NCBI RefSeq assembly: GCF_009914755.1
Contig: NC_060926.1
Length of the DNA: 64,000 bases
Strand: one strand, 5' to 3'
Origin: the human T2T-CHM13v2.0 reference genome, Homo sapiens
Shown here: piece by piece, positions 1-15,196 of the stretch
Numbering within the stretch: the stretch's first letter is position 1
How the letters are laid out: every line of letters starts with the position of its first letter
Translations under genes and position numbers: made by a program
Notes under the pieces: generated by a model
The model's database searches: none
Told to the model about the DNA's origin: nothing
What the model saw: the letters and a program-made list of their open reading frames with translations, nothing else

Positions 1-1796
1 AAAATTCAGAACAATTTTCTCAAATAATTTAGTGAACTACAAGAATATACAGATAGAAAATTAAATGAAATTTGGAAAACAATACACAAAGTGAGATAAA
101 GAAATAGAAACAATAGAAAAGCACAAAATAGAAATTCTAGATATGAAAATGTAATGACTGAACTAAAAACTTCAATAGAAAGAGTCAACTGCAGACTCAA
201 TCCAGCAGAAGAAAGAATCAGTGTGCTCAAAGACAGAATATTTGACATTATCCAGGCAGAGAAGCAAAAAAAGTAAATGAATGAAGAAAGTACAGGAATT
301 TTGAAACACCACTGAGAGATTCAGTGTTCATGTAACAGGAGTTCCAAATGGCAAAGAAAGAAAAAAGGGCCCAGAAAGCATATTTGAAGAAATAATGACT
401 GAAATTTTCCCTAATCTGGGGATAGATGGCAACATCCAGGTACACCAAGTGCAGAGGTCTCCAGTCAAATTCAAATCAAAGAGGAGTTCACCAAGACACA
501 CAATAATCAAATTATCAGAAACCAAAGATAAAGAAAAAATTCTGAGAGCAGCAACAGATAAGAAATATATCACATCTAAAGAAGTGCCAATACAACTAGT
601 AGTCTCCTCAGCAGAAATCCTGCAGATCAAGAGAGAGTGGGATGATATACTCAAACTGCTGAGGGGAAAATCTGCCAAACCAGAATAACTGACAGAGCAA
701 AGCTTTTTTTTTCCCAAATGAGGAAGAAATAAAACCTTCCCAAGCAAAATCTAAGAGAGTTTATCACCATTAGACCCGCCTTGCAGAGATTGCTGAGGGG
801 AGTTCTTTAAGCTGAAAAAAAAGACCTCTAATTGATAACATAAAACACACAAAAGCACAAAATTCAACGATATAAGTAAAACAGAGCCCTATTTAGAACA
901 CTCTAGGATTGTAATAATGGTGATGAAAACAATTTTATTCCTAGTATAAGGGCTAAAAGACAAAACAATTAATAATAACTATAGCTAAAATAAATTGTCA
1001 AGGAATCACATTACAAAATGATGTTAAGTTCTGATATCAAAAACATAAATTGGGGGCTAAAACTGTAGATTTGTTATATACAATTACAGTTAAGCTATGA
1101 TTGGCTTGAAACAGATTATAAGATGTTCTATATAAGTTTCATAGTAACCAAAAGACAGAAACATTTAGAAGCACAAAACAAACATACAAAAGAATGAAAG
1201 CATACCACTACGGAAAATCATCAAATCACAAAGGAAGACAGCAAAAGAGAAAGAATAAAATAAAGTATCTACAAAACAACCAGAAAACAATTAACAAAAT
1301 TGCAGCAGTAAGTCCTTACCTATCAATAATTACCTTGGATATAAATGAATTAAATTCTCCAACAAAAAGATATAGAGTGACTGAATGAATATAAAGAAAA
1401 AAGCAAAAGACCCAATTATACACTGCCTAGTAAGAAACTTATCTCACTTTTAAAGACACATACAGACTGAAAGTGAAGAGATGAAAAAAGATAGTCCATG
1501 CAAATGAAAACCAAAAGAGAGCAGGGGTAGCTCTACTTACGTTTGACAAATACGTTTTAAGTCAAAAGCTGTAAAAAGACACAAAGAAGGCCATTATATA
1601 ATGACAAAGGGGTCAATTTTTCAAGAGGATGTGACAATTATAAATATATATGCACCCATCATCAGAACTCCTAAATACATAACACAAATATTAAAGGATC
1701 TTAAGGGAGAGATAGATTGTAATACAATAATATTTGGGTACTTCAATAACCTACTTTCAACAATGACTAGATTATTCAGACAAAAAATTAAAAAGG

Positions 1797-2115
<319 letters not shown>

Positions 2116-3541
2116 TCAGACTTGAACTGCACTTTAGACCACATGGGCCTAACAGACATATACAGAACATTACAGCCACAGAATACACATTCTTCTCAAG
2201 TGCACATTCTGTAAGATATAGCACATGTTACAGCACAAAACATGCCTTCGAAAATTTAAGAAGATTGAAACAATATCAAGTATATTTTCCAACCACGATA
2301 AGTGTAACTAGAAATCATCAACAGGAGGAATTTTAGAAAGTTTGCAAATACATGGAAATTAAACAACATACTCCCGAATAGCCCGTGGATCAATGAAGAA
2401 ATTAAAATGAAAATCTAAAAATATCTGAGACAAATGAAAATAAAAACACAACATACCAAAATTTATGGAATACAACAAAAGCTGTTCTAATAGGAGAGTT
2501 TATAGCAATAAATACCTACATCAAGAAGAAGAAAAAATCTCAAACAACATTACTCCTCAAGGAACTAGAAAAATAAGAACAAACTAAGCAGAAAGTTGGC
2601 AGAAGAAAGAAAATGATGCAGATTTGAGCAGAAATACATAAGATAGGAATACAGGAAAAAATCAACAAACTGAGAGTTGGATTTTGAAAAGATAAAAACC
2701 ACAAATCTGTAAGTAGACTATGAAAAACAAAGAGTCAAATATATAAAATCAGAAATGAAAGAGAAGACATTATAACTGATATCACAGAAATGCAAAGAAT
2801 CATAAGAGACTATGTAAATAATTCTATGCCAACAAATTGGATAATCTACAGAAATGGATAAATTCCTAGACACATACAAGCTACCAAGACTGAATCATGA
2901 AGAAATAGAAAATGCAACAAGCCCAGTGAGTATGAATATTGAATCACCAATAAAAAGTCTCCCATTAAAGAAAAGTCAAGGACCTGATGGCTTCACTGCT
3001 GAACTCTGCTAGACATTTCAAGACTTAATACCAATTCTTCTCAAAATCTTACAAAAAAATCAAAGAAGAAGAAATACTTCCAATCTCTTTTTATGAAGCC
3101 AGCATTACCTTGATACCAAAGCCAGACAAGGATACTACAAGAATAGAAAATTATGGGTGAATATCCCTGATGAACACAGATGCAAAAATTCCCAACAAAA
3201 TACTAGGAAAAAGAATTCAATGACACACTAAAAGGATCATCTACCATTATCAAGTGGAATTTACCTCTGGGATGCAAGGATGGTTCAACATATGCAAATC
3301 AATAAATGTGATACATCACATTAACAGAATGAAGGACAAAAACCATATGATCATATCATTAGATACAGAAAAAGCATTTGACAAATTTTGGCATCCTTTC
3401 ATGATAAACTCTCATCCACAGTAGGTGTAGAAGGAATATACCTCAACACATTAAAGGCCATATATGGCAAGCCCACAGCAAACATTATACTCAATAGTGA
3501 CAACTTGAAAGTCTTTCCTCTAAGATCTGGAGCAAGGATGA

Positions 3542-3965
3542 TGAAATGGTTTGTATCTCTGTCCTCACCCAAATCTCATGTTGAATTGTAATCCCCAGTA
3601 TTGGAGGTGGGGCCTGGTAGGAGGTGATTGGATCATGGAGGCAAATTTCTCATGAATGGTTTAGCTCTATCCCCTTGGTGCTGTTCTCATGATACAGAGT
3701 AAGTTTCTGACATATCTGATTGCTTAAAAGTGTGTAGCACCTGCCTAATCTCTCTTGCTCCTGCTCCAGCCATGTGACATGCCAGCACCCCCTTTGCCTT
3801 CTGCCATGATTGTAAGTATCCTGAGGCCTCCCCAGAAGCTGACCAGATGCCAGCAACTTGTTTCTTGTATAACCTGCAAAACTGCAAGCCAATTAAACCT
3901 CTTTTCTTTATCAAGTACCCAGTCTCAAGTATTTCTTTATAGCAATGCAAGAACAGGCTGATACA
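3542..3965 (+). mobile_element. MST (MaLR) solo LTR inserted in L1 ORF2
   Basis: TGA..GGTTTG..CCCAAATCTCATGTTGAATTGTAATCCCCA start, CTTTATAGCAATGCAAGAAC..ATACA end; about 5-bp TSD GGATG/AGATG; L1 resumes afterwards. Confidence 0.9.
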
Positions 3966-5069
3966 AGATGCCCATTCTCACCACTTCTATTCAATATAGT
4001 ATTGAAAGTCCTTGCCAGAGCAAAGAGGCAAAAGAAAGAAAGAAAAGGCATCCAAATAGGAAAGGAGGATATGAAATTGTCAGTGTTTGCTAAGTAAGAG
4101 TGGCAGGTCTTTTCTCCCTTAGTTCTTCCTTTATTGTGCCCCTTCCAGCAATCAACTGTTTAGTCCACACACTTCTTTGTACCTTGGTTACAAAATTACT
4201 GCATGTAAAACTACTTTACATGAGTTCAGAGTTCAGGGCACAACCTCATATGGTATTTTCCTTTTCCAGGTCACTCTTCAGTCCAAAGCCAAAAGCACTT
4301 TCATTAGTTCTCTCAGTCACTTGGAAGGTCAAACTCTGTCTGTCTGGGTCCCAGTGAGTCTCTCTGAAAGCCACTAGAATCTAAACTCAGAGTTTCACTG
4401 CTTTTCACTCTAAGAATTAGCAGTTCTCCCACTACTCAGCCTCCAGCTTTGGTTGCCCCAAACTTCTACTTCCCTGAAAAAAACACTTCTGGTGCCATTT
4501 CTTCTCATCCTAGCCCGCTCCCAAACTTCTCCTAAAGTTTCTTCACAGCCTATAGCAACATTCTCTCTGAGGACTCCCTTCAGGTTTCTGATGTCTTCAT
4601 GGGAGGCAGAGCTGAGGGAGGTCCTCCCTGTTCCCTCCACCATGGGGCTTCATTCTATTGTCTTTAAGTCCTCCTCAACCAACCAGTTCCACAACCAGTG
4701 TGGGTCCTGAAGGCTGCTTCAGGCACAGAAATGCACAGTTATCCTTCAGCTCAAATGAAAATCAAGTCCCAGCCCCTGAAGTCAACAGAGGACAAGAGTT
4801 GCTCTTCCAGACTTACAGATAGATCTTGACCAAGAAAGAAAAACAGGATTTCTTTCTTCCCAAGCACCAAAACATGTGGTCTAAAATGACCAGGAGGTAA
4901 GAAGGTTCTCCCCAAGCAGAGCCTGAGAAAGGAGAGAAGTTGAGAGCTGTGAGGAAAGTAACCATAAGATTCTTCAGTTAGAAGACTCAGAAATTAGGTA
5001 GTTGAAGATCACTGAAGTGTTTTATTATGCTGGGCCCCATGCTTGGAGATTCACTGTGTGTTCCTTAAT

Positions 5070-5440
5070 GGCTGAGGTACTGTGCTAGGCACTGAGAGAA
5101 GACAAGATGAGAAAGACAAGATTCCCTTCCCTTAAGGAACGTCTTATCCTGCAGCTAAGACCAAAATGGAAGTCAGTACAAAACAAGGAAGCATTTAAGG
5201 AGGAGCATAAGAGATGCCAAGCACTGTTTCTGACTGGGAGAGAAGCTATCTCCTTGTGAGGGAAAAAAAAATGTTTACAAAGTAGGCAGAATTTGAACTA
5301 TGGCTTTAGAGAAGGAATGAGAATTAATTAGAGAGAAAATCAGGGAGATTATCCCTGGCAGAAGAGAGTTCACAAGAGAAAGTGTAGAAAGAAGAAAGGT
5401 CAGCATGTATTCCCAGAACACTGCAGTTGTGGAGTGGGGG
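5070..5440 (-). mobile_element. L2 fragment
   Basis: GTACTGTGCTAGGCACTGAG..AAGACAAGATTCCCTTCCCTTAAGGA resembles an antisense L2 3' end. Confidence 0.55.
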
Positions 5441-5984
5441 CGATGAGGGAGAGGTTTGCACAGGTTCCTGCCTCCTCTGATGTCCTGAGGCTGCTGGGCA
5501 TCAGGTCAAAGAACACGGCCTGCTCAATAGTGAGCTCCCTGCTGCCAACTGAGTTGTTTGTCACATGTGGTTCACCTCACCACATTCCCTACCCCTGCCT
5601 GGCAATCTTCCTATTTTGCTTTATCAGTGGGTAAAAGGTATGTTTTCACAGGCAACTATTAAAACTATTTCAATAGAAACTTTTAAAAAAACTCATCTAA
5701 GAGATTTGACTCTTATAAACATTTGCTTTAATGTAGTTTTCTTATTCTCATATATTGGGAAATGGTAAACAAAATGTGGCTAGCATAAAAGCCTGAGATC
5801 TTGGCAGAGAGACACGAGCTTGAGTTTGGTCTGTGAAGCTATCCAAGAAGTGCATAACAGGTCCAAAGTACAAGCCTCTGCAGGGGCCCTTCCACCGAGA
5901 TGAGCTCTTGGCTTGGAAGAAAGAGCACCAGAACAAGACCTAGGGGTCCCAGGATCCCATCCCAGACCCACCACAACTCTCTAT

Positions 5985-6300
5985 GTAACTTTTTGCAAGT
6001 CACTTTGTGCCTCTGTGCCTCCATTTACTTCTCCCCAAAATGAAGTGTCTCAATGACATCAAAGGCAATGTATTTAGGTAGAAAGGCAAAGAGCTTTAAT
6101 GTCAAACAAAAAGCATTCAAATAAATCTTTAGCTCTGACCCTTGTGAAGGCATGATTTGGGACAAGATACTTAGCGTGTGATATCCTTACTTTCCTCCCG
6201 TGTAAAAGAAACAAATATTACCTGCCTGAGGTTGCTACAAGAAATAAATGAGATATTGCATGTAAAAATGCCCAGCACAGTATCTAGAAAGTAGTTGGTG
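5985..6300 (+). mobile_element. MIR fragments
   Basis: MIR core-like GCAAGTCACTT..CTCTGTGCCTC and TAAATGAGATATTGCATGTAAAAATGCCCAGCACAGT. Confidence 0.65.
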
Positions 6301-6517
6301 CCTGCTGCCATCTTCCCTGGCCTTTGAAAGAGTCCTTTGAGTTACAACATTCTATGTTTCCATCAAAGTAATGTTTCCACATTAGCACAGGGTCTGAGAT
6401 CATAGCAGGGGTGGAAATCACGAGACACAAATCCAAGCAAACCTTTTCATCAGAGGGCCAACAGAGGATTCAGTTAACCAGTCAAATCTTCTGATTTAGG
6501 ATGCACTTTCTTCTGTA

Positions 6518-6668
6518 CCAGTGTTTCCTAAACATGCTTGTTAATAACAATCTAGGTCATCATCTGGAGATTCCAAAGCAGCACATCTGGAGAGAGACCT
6601 GGGAATCTGAATATTTAACTGGCACTAGGGAGAATGTTTCAAAGTGGCAAACCTGAGAAACAGCATTT
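6518..6668. mobile_element. MER5-like hAT-Charlie DNA transposon fragment
   Basis: CAGTGTTTCCTAAAC start, CCTGGGAATCTGAATATTTAAC internal motif, GAGAAAC end. Confidence 0.55.
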
Positions 6669-7063
6669 GATCTGGTTCCTCTTGAACTCTCAGCCTCCTA
6701 ATTCCCTGCTGTCTGGCCTACTGTGGCTGTTGGCTTCACTGCCTGCCACTGGCACCCATGTGCTTCCTAGAATTTGTCCAGTTTCTACATCAGTTCTGCC
6801 ACTTGCTAGCCAGCTCAGTGCATTTGGGAATTGACATTGCGGCATCTGCATTATGAAAAGCTTGGCTACTCCTCCTTCCCTCTGTAGAGATTTTTTAACT
6901 GTTTGTGCCTTTGTTAAGCCTGAGCCCAGGAAGAGGTTTAGCATGTCAGTTTTCCCCTTTGTAGCAATTTGGGTTGAAGATAGATTTGGAAAGGAAATTG
7001 GAATTAAAGGCTAAAGAAAGCAGTCAGCTCTCAAATGTCCACATTTTCCATTAGTGCCATTAC

Positions 7064-7635
7064 CAGGAACTTCCAGCATCTGTCAGGGTCCTTCAAGCTT
7101 CTTCAGCTCATGGTGCTGCTAAAGAGCTGATCTATCCAATTGCTGCACTTTGAGAAATGTTCATATATGTCTGTCATGCCCATGAAAATGCAGACCTCAG
7201 GCAATCGCTAGATTGTCACAAAGTAAGATGTACCCCAGATTTTGCCTGTCCAGTGTTCTTCCCAAGTGTCCTCCACAAAGACAGCATACAGCATTGCTGC
7301 AGCCTTTTGTATGGCTCACAGAACAGGCAGGTACCTAGGGAGCTGCCCACCCTTCTCCACTCATGAAGGAACCTATTTTCCTGAGCCCCCCACCACCCCC
7401 TTTCCACCTGACCTCACTCTCAAATTCTTTCTACCCGAGACTCTGATTCTAACCTTGTTCCCAATCAGCAGGACTTCAAGGAGTCCTGCCTAGCGCAGAA
7501 GGACCCATGATGCACCACTGAGCCAATGTGGTCAGCATCCTGTCCAGTTTTTCCCAGCTATGGTCGAGCTCCTCTGGGATCAGGTGTTGACCCTGTTCCT
7601 GTCTTCAGGGATTAGTCTTGGGTTTGGCATCATAC
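7064..7635 (-). pseudogene. Candidate decayed coding exons (7454-7635 and 7064-7170) of an unidentified gene
   Basis: AG/GT-bounded segments of 182 and 107 nt with compatible phases; joined frame YDAKPKTNP*RQEQGQHLIPEELDHSWEKLDRMLTTLAQW..SPADWEQ|DIYEHFSKCSNWIDQLFSSTMS*RSLKDPDRCWKFL; all three stops are TGA; no homolog recognised. Confidence 0.25.
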
Positions 7636-8049
7636 CTGAGGATGAGGGTACAGTTTGTCAGACCCCTCACCTCAGCGATCTCCCAGGTTGCTCTATTCCT
7701 CTGCCTGTCTACCCATATATTCCACCTTCCTCTCACCAGGTCTTCCTGCCCCAGCCTCCTAGACATGGAGCTCCACCTTCCTGGGCTTCTTCTCACACCT
7801 GCAGCTGGCTCCAGTTCCAGGACTGGCTTCTAGTCTCCAGATCTCTGATCAGAGGCTGACAGATAGTTTTGAGTCCCAGATACATAAGGAGGTATAATAA
7901 AATCCCCAGGAGAGTATATCTCCACTTAGACTCATGGGGATGTGTGTGCCCCTCTATGAAGAATCTCAGAAACCCAAATTTCAGAAGGAATATTTTGATC
8001 CTACTTATGTTGCTTCTACAGGCCTGTGTGCTAAAAAGGAAAGGCTGCA

Positions 8050-8620
<571 letters not shown>

Positions 8621-9779
8621 AATAAAAATGAAACAAAAGGGAACTTGGCAGCCATCTTAGAAAAAGCTTTGGAGACTCATCAATTTCATAGCCAGTATTT
8701 AGAGAAGGGAACATCAAGGACTAGAGAAGGAGGTGGTTGTGTAAGAGAAGAAGAAAGCAGCCTGGACTCAGATCTGAGTCTCAGGAAGAAGGACCAGGAG
8801 CATCTAGGAAGGCAGCTGCTATCCACGAAGCAGACCAGGGCCTAAAAGGGCATTGAAGTTTCCCAGGATGCAGTGAGCACAACACCAAACTAGAGACCTG
8901 GTAAAAGTCACATAAGTGTCATTAGCCTTTGACCTGGCCTGTAGGCTGGATCCAGAGGGCCTAGACCCCTGACCCAAGCCTTATTGAGCCTCATCTATGG
9001 CAACCAAGAGCAAAGTACAAAGGCCAACACAAAGGCCACATAACTTAACTCTGAAGCAAAAGCCTTTTCTCGTTTTTCCCGATCTCCCTGAACCCACCCC
9101 ACTCAAGAGCAGGAATTTCCTAATGAAGATTTTCAGATTGATAATCTTCAAGAAGTTCATTGAAGACTTGCGTCTCTGTCTGTTCTTGACTGAGTCAAGC
9201 TTTGAGAAGGAGGGTGACTTGGAAGCCCAAGCTTGAAAGTCTCATTCTGCCAGGAAGGGGCAGAAAGCACTGATGGACTCATTGGACTTCAGCAGCTGGG
9301 GGAGAAGCACATCCTTGTCCGTGTCCTCCTCAGACACCACCTGGGCCATGATCTGTGTGGCAGTCCAATCCTGAGTCTGCAGTCCCTGCTGAGCACTATT
9401 CTGGGTGCTGGGCTGTCCCCAGGCCATTGTGGACCCAGTGGGATAGAGAACTGCCTATGCTCTTAGGTGAGCTGCTACTGTGGCTTTTTGCCCAGGGGCA
9501 CAGCTTCCTGCTGTCCACTGCTACCCCTAGCAGGCGGCTTGTCTTCACCCCTGAAACTAAGCTGCATTCTCCAGGGAGTCTGTGCTGCAGAGGAGAAATC
9601 AGCTGAGGGGCAGTTGTGCGGGGAGGAAGGAAACACAGTGGAGGCTGGGGCAGGGCTGGGGCACACTGGGGTATAGGGCCGAGGGAACAGGGTGGAGTGC
9701 ACCGAGGTATGGGACTGGGGAGGAGTGAGTCCACTATGTACGGAGTTGGGGGCAAAGGTGGAGGGGTGATCTGTTCCTG

Positions 9780-11500
9780 ACATTTTTAATGATGTATTTT
9801 GTAACATTTGATACATATGGAAGTATAGATGTGATTGTATGTGTGTTTATATAATGTGTATGCATATAAAACAAATACTCATGAGCTCACCATCCAAACT
9901 AAGAATTGCAACATAAGCCTCTAAAACATTTTCCCCTCTATTATAAAACAGTTTTTAAAATTGTTTCTGTTAAATATTGAGTAAACACAAAAGAATAATT
10001 ATAAAGGAAAATAACATAAGTAACATCAAGTAACATCTGTGTGCCCTGTTTGCCTCTCCCTAATTCTGTTCATGACTATTTGCTACCACCTGGGAATGTG
10101 ATTCTCAGAACATGTCCTAGGTGAAAGTGTTCTAGATTTAGAACATTTAGAACATACTTCATACTTTGTACTTCATAGCATAACACCTACTTAAAGTTGA
10201 AAGTATTTATTTAATTTGGCCTTCTTTTTCTCAATTGAAAGAAGTTATTACTTTGGGCAAAGAAGAGGTGGAAGACAAAGCGATATTTAAAACAACTATT
10301 TTGTGGAAGTCAGGGTCCATCTTCTATTTTTCCATGTGTCTCTAGAGCAGCATGGTGTCTAATGAGCAATGGACTCTCCGTGGGAATAAGCATGTTGAAG
10401 TTGTTATATATATAAAAGTTAATTGAATCTATAAATCAATTTGGGGAAAACAGACATGTTTGCAATGTGGTGTCTCTTTACCCATGAACATGATATATCT
10501 CTCAATTTACTAAGATCTCTTTTAAAATATTTGCACTAAATGTTATGAATTCAATGTTAGCATTGTTCATAATAGCAAATAAATTGAAAATAACCCAAAT
10601 ACCAATTGATAGGACAATTAATAAAGTTTGATATATTTACACAATGAAACTCTATACATTGGCAAAAATAAATGAACTAAAGCCACACACATCAACAGGG
10701 GTGATACTGAAAAACAATTTTCAGAAAAATACATTCCATATAAAAAGTTTTATAAGCACAGAAAAGGAACCCGCATGATACATGGTTTAGAAATACAAAA
10801 CTGTGTAGCAAAACCTTAAGGAAAGCCAACTGGGCCTTGAATGGTGGACTGGGTTATTCAGACCAACCCTTCCACTGAAGACAGATAAAAAGAAGTGGTG
10901 AAATGTTTTTGAATTTTCTTTAAGCATCAGAGAACCAACAAGATGTTAGAAAACTTACCGGACCAAGATCTAGGAAGAAGACAGGAATCCAGGAAGGTGA
11001 GCCCCACAGTTGGCACTGCTTTTGTCCTGTGGACATTTATTGATCTGGAAGTGATAACCGAAAGACAGAGTTATGCTTTGGAGAAGGCTTAAAGGACAAA
11101 GTGCAAAGATCACAATCCAAGGCAATAGAGAGTCAGGATCTTAGAAAACAACCTCCCATTTTGCACCCTGAACTTTTGCATCTTAGAAAAGAGAATAAAA
11201 TCAAAAGAAACAAGTCCTTCCATGGACTGTATACCACCTTCAAGCTATCTGGGTAACACAGAAAATATCAAGCCCTGAACTAGGATTAAGATGAATTCAT
11301 ATTGCTAGCTCTCCCACATACTGTCATAATCTAACTAAATATTTTTAAAAATACTCCTTAGAGAAAGACAAGCTCTTCCTGGGTCTCAAATTATTTCTAA
11401 AAATCATAGTGTGATTACAGGATAATTCACACGATTAAAGATAATCAGACACACAAAAAGAAAAGATGCCATGAGATGGAACCAGCAAAACTAATAGGCA
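9780..11500. mobile_element. Patchwork of ancient L1ME/L1M fragments on both strands
   Basis: TTGAATCTATAAATCAATTTGGGGAAAACAGACAT (antisense ORF2) near 10420; GCATTGTTCATAATAGCAAA..AACCCAAAT (sense 3' region) near 10560; 5'UTR-like sequence 10830-11490. Confidence 0.5.
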
Positions 11501-11900
11501 ATATAGGGGAGGAGGCAGACAACTATGGCCAAATAGAACCCTCTAGAGATCCCCCTGCAGGAAAAACAAGTTAAACAACTATCCACATACAAAAAACCAC
11601 CTTTATGAGAATCAAAAATCAGGTGAGCAATTACAGTGCCTAGTTTTAAATTTATATCAAGGAAACAGGCACTGAAGAGGGTAAGAAAGAGAGTTTTCAA
11701 TCACCTACACCACACGACCCCCATCACTGGCCACATGGCACAGAGAGAGAATCTGTGTGCTTGGTGGAGGGAGAGCAAAGTGATTGTGGGACTTTGCATT
11801 GGAACCCAGTGCTGCCCTGTCACAGCAGAAAGCAACATGGGACAGAATTCAGCCAGTGCACATAGAGTGAACGTTTAGACCAGCCCTAGCCAGAGGCAAG

Positions 11901-12175
11901 GTTTTTATTTTTTATTTTTTATTTTTTATTATACTTTAAGTTCTAGGGTACATGTGCACAACGTGCAGGTTTGTTACATATGTATACATGTGCCATGTTG
12001 GTGTGCTGCACCCATTAACTCGTCATTTACATTAGGTATATCTCCTAATGCTATCCCTCCCCCCACCCCACAACAGGCCCCCCGGTGTGTGATGTTCCCC
12101 TTCCTGTGTCCAAGTGTTCTCATTGTTCAATTCCTACCTATGAGTGGGAACATGTGGTGTTTGGATTTTTGTCCT
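11901..12175 (-). mobile_element. 5'-truncated L1PA 3' end
   Basis: T-rich tail plus TTATACTTTAAGTTCTAGGGTACATG; TSD CAGAGGCAAG at 11891-11900 and 12176-12185. Confidence 0.95.
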
Positions 12176-15100
12176 CAGAGGCAAGTTGTTAATTGTAGCA
12201 GTCAAAGCCTGAGTTCTGGCAAGCCCCACCAACATGGGCTAAAGTGCTCTGGGGTCCTGAAATAAACTTAAAAGGTAATCTGGGCCACAAAAACTGCAAT
12301 TCCTGGGAAAGTCCTGGTGTTGTGCTGGGTTTGGAGCCAGTGGGCTTAGGGTGCATGTGACTTAGTGAGACACCAGCTAGGGTAGCCAAGGGAGTGCTTG
12401 TATCACCCTTCCCCCAACTCTAGGCAGCACAGTTCACAGATCCAGGAGAGACACTTTTCTTCTGTTTGAGGAAAGGAGAGGAGACAGTAAAAAAGACTGT
12501 CTTCTAACTTGGATACCAGCTTGGTCATAGTAGAATAGGGCACCAGACAGAGTCCTGAGGCTCCTATTTCAGGCCCTAGCTCTGGGATGGCATTTCTGGA
12601 CACATCCTAGGCTAGAATGGAACTCACTACCTTGAAGGGAATGTCCTAGTTCTGGCAAGATTAATCACCTGCTGACTAAAGAGCCCTTGGGCCCTGAATA
12701 ATCAGTAGTGGTAGCCAGGCAGGACTCATCATTGGCCTCAGGTAAGACTCAGAGCCATGCTGGCTTCAGGTGTGACCCAGCATATTCCCAGCTGTGGTGG
12801 CTACAGGAAAAGACTTCTTTTGCTTGGGGAAAAAAGAGGGAAGAGTAAAGGGGACTTTATCTTGGAGCTTGGATACCAGCTTAGCCACACTGGGATAGAG
12901 TGACAAGTAGACTCCTGCTTTCCCTGATTCCAGGTCTTGGCTCCTGGCTGGCATTTCTGGACCTTCCCTGGGCCAGAGTGAAGCCCACTGCCCTAAAGGG
13001 AGAGACTCATGCCTGGCAGCATTCACCATAAGCTGACCATAAGAGCTCTTAGGCCTTGATAGAACATTGGCAGTAGCAAGCCAGTACTCACCACAGGCCT
13101 GGGGTGGTGGTAGCCACAGGGAGAGACTCCTCTCTTTAAGTAATGGAGAGGGAAGACTAAAAAGGACTTTGTCTCATGGCTTGGGTGCCAGCTCAGCCAT
13201 AGTAGAATAGAAAACCGGGTAGATTTGTAAGGTTCCTGACACCAGACCCTGGCTCCCAGGTGGCAGATCTGGACCCTCCCAGGACCAAGGAGAACTCATT
13301 GCCCTAAGCAGAAGGACATAAGCCTGGCAGTATTTACCACCTGATGCTTGTAGAGCTTTTGGGCCTTGAGTGAACCAGGCAGTGGTCACCATAGGCGTGG
13401 GGTGAGACCCAGTTCTCTGCTAGCTTTGGGTCTGATCCAGTGCACTACCAGAGGTGCTGGCCACAGGGGGTGCTTGTGTCAGCAAACCCCCAGCTTCAGG
13501 CAACTCAGCACAGAGAGACAGACTCTTTTTGTTTGGGGGTGAGTAAGGGAAAAGAACAAGAGTCACTGACTGATAATCCAGAGAATTCTCATGGATCTTA
13601 CCCAAGACCACTAAGGTGGTACCTATACAAGTCTGCAACAGCCACAGTGTTACTGGGATTGGGGTCCTCCCTAAGGCAGATATGGCTGCAATGACCAAAG
13701 ACTTACATCGCAACACTCAAGTCTCTCTGAATACTTAGAAAGCCTTCCCAAGAAGGATGGGCACAAACAAGCCCAGACTGCCAGGACTACAATAAATACC
13801 TAATTCTTCAATTCCCAGACATCCACGAACATCCCCAAGCATCAAGACTATCCACAGAAAATATTACCCACCACAGGAACTAAAAACAGTAACACAGGCC
13901 AATCCCAGAGGGGCAGAAATATGTGACTTTTCAGACAGATAATTCAAAATAGCTGTTTTGAGGAAGCTCAGTGAAATCCAAGATAACACAGAGAAGGAAT
14001 TAAGAATTCTGTCAGATAAATTTAATGGAAAGATTGAAATGACTACAAAGAATCAAGCAAAAATTCTGGAGCTGAAAACTGCAATGGGCATACTGAAGAA
14101 TGCACAAGAGTCTCTTAACAACAGAACTAATCAAGTAGAAGAAAGAATTCATAAGCTTGAAACAGGCTATATGAAAATACATATTCAGAGGAGACAAAAG
14201 AAAAAGAATTTTTAAAAAATTATCTACAAGATCTAGAAAACAGCTTCAAAGGAGAAAATCTAAAGTTATTGGCCTTAAAGAGGAGTTAGACAGAGAGATT
14301 GGGGTAGAAAGTTTATTCAAAAGAATAATATCAGAGAACTTCCCAAACCTACAGAAAGATATCAACACTCAAGTACAAGAAGGTTATACAACACCAATCA
14401 GATTTAGCCCCAAAAAAGACTGACTCAAGACATTTAATAGTCAAACTCCCAAAGGTCAAGGATAAAGGAAGGATCCTAAAAGCAGCAAGAGAACAGAAAA
14501 AAAATAACAGAAAAAGGAGCTCCAATATGTCTGGCAGCAGGCTTTTAAGTGGAAACCTTACAGGCCAGATGAGAGTCGCATGATATATGTAAAAAAACAC
14601 TTTTACCCTAGAATAGTACATCTAGCAAAAATATCCTTCAGACATGAAGGGGAAATAAAGACTTTCCCAGACAAACAAAAATTGAAAGATTTTTGTCAGC
14701 ACTAGTCCTTCCTACAAGAAAAGATAAAGGGAATTCTTCAATCTGAAAAAAAAGGATGTTAATGAGCAATAAGAAATCATCTGATGGTACAAAGCTACTG
14801 GTAACAGTAAGTAAATAGATATAGACTATTATAACATAGTAATTGTGATGTGTAAACTACTTATATCTTGAGTAGGAAGATTAAAAATGAACCTATCAAA
14901 AATAATAACTACAAATTGTCAAGATATAGATAGTAAAATAAGATGTAAATAAACAAAAAGTTGAAAAGCAGGGGAGATGATGTTAAAGTATAAAGGTTTT
15001 GTTACTTTTCGCTTTGCTTGTTTGTTTTTGTAATCAGAGTTAAGTTGTCATCAGTTTAAAATAATAGGTTATAAGATGTTATTTGCAAACCTCATGATAA

Positions 15101-15196
15101 CTTTAAATCAAAAAACCTACAACAGATACACAAAACACATATAAAGCAAGAAATTAAAGATACCACCAAAGAAAATCACTTTCACAAAAAGGAAGA

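Noticed and set aside
9396-9816. Proline-rich minus-strand ORFs of 113-119 aa as genes
   Set aside because: Explained by C-rich composition; no recognisable domain; the longer ATG ORF starts in an L1M remnant
12400-13600. Repeated units of about 310-360 bp as an array
   Set aside because: Intrinsic internal repeats of the L1MA-type 5'UTR, with no repeat-spacer structure
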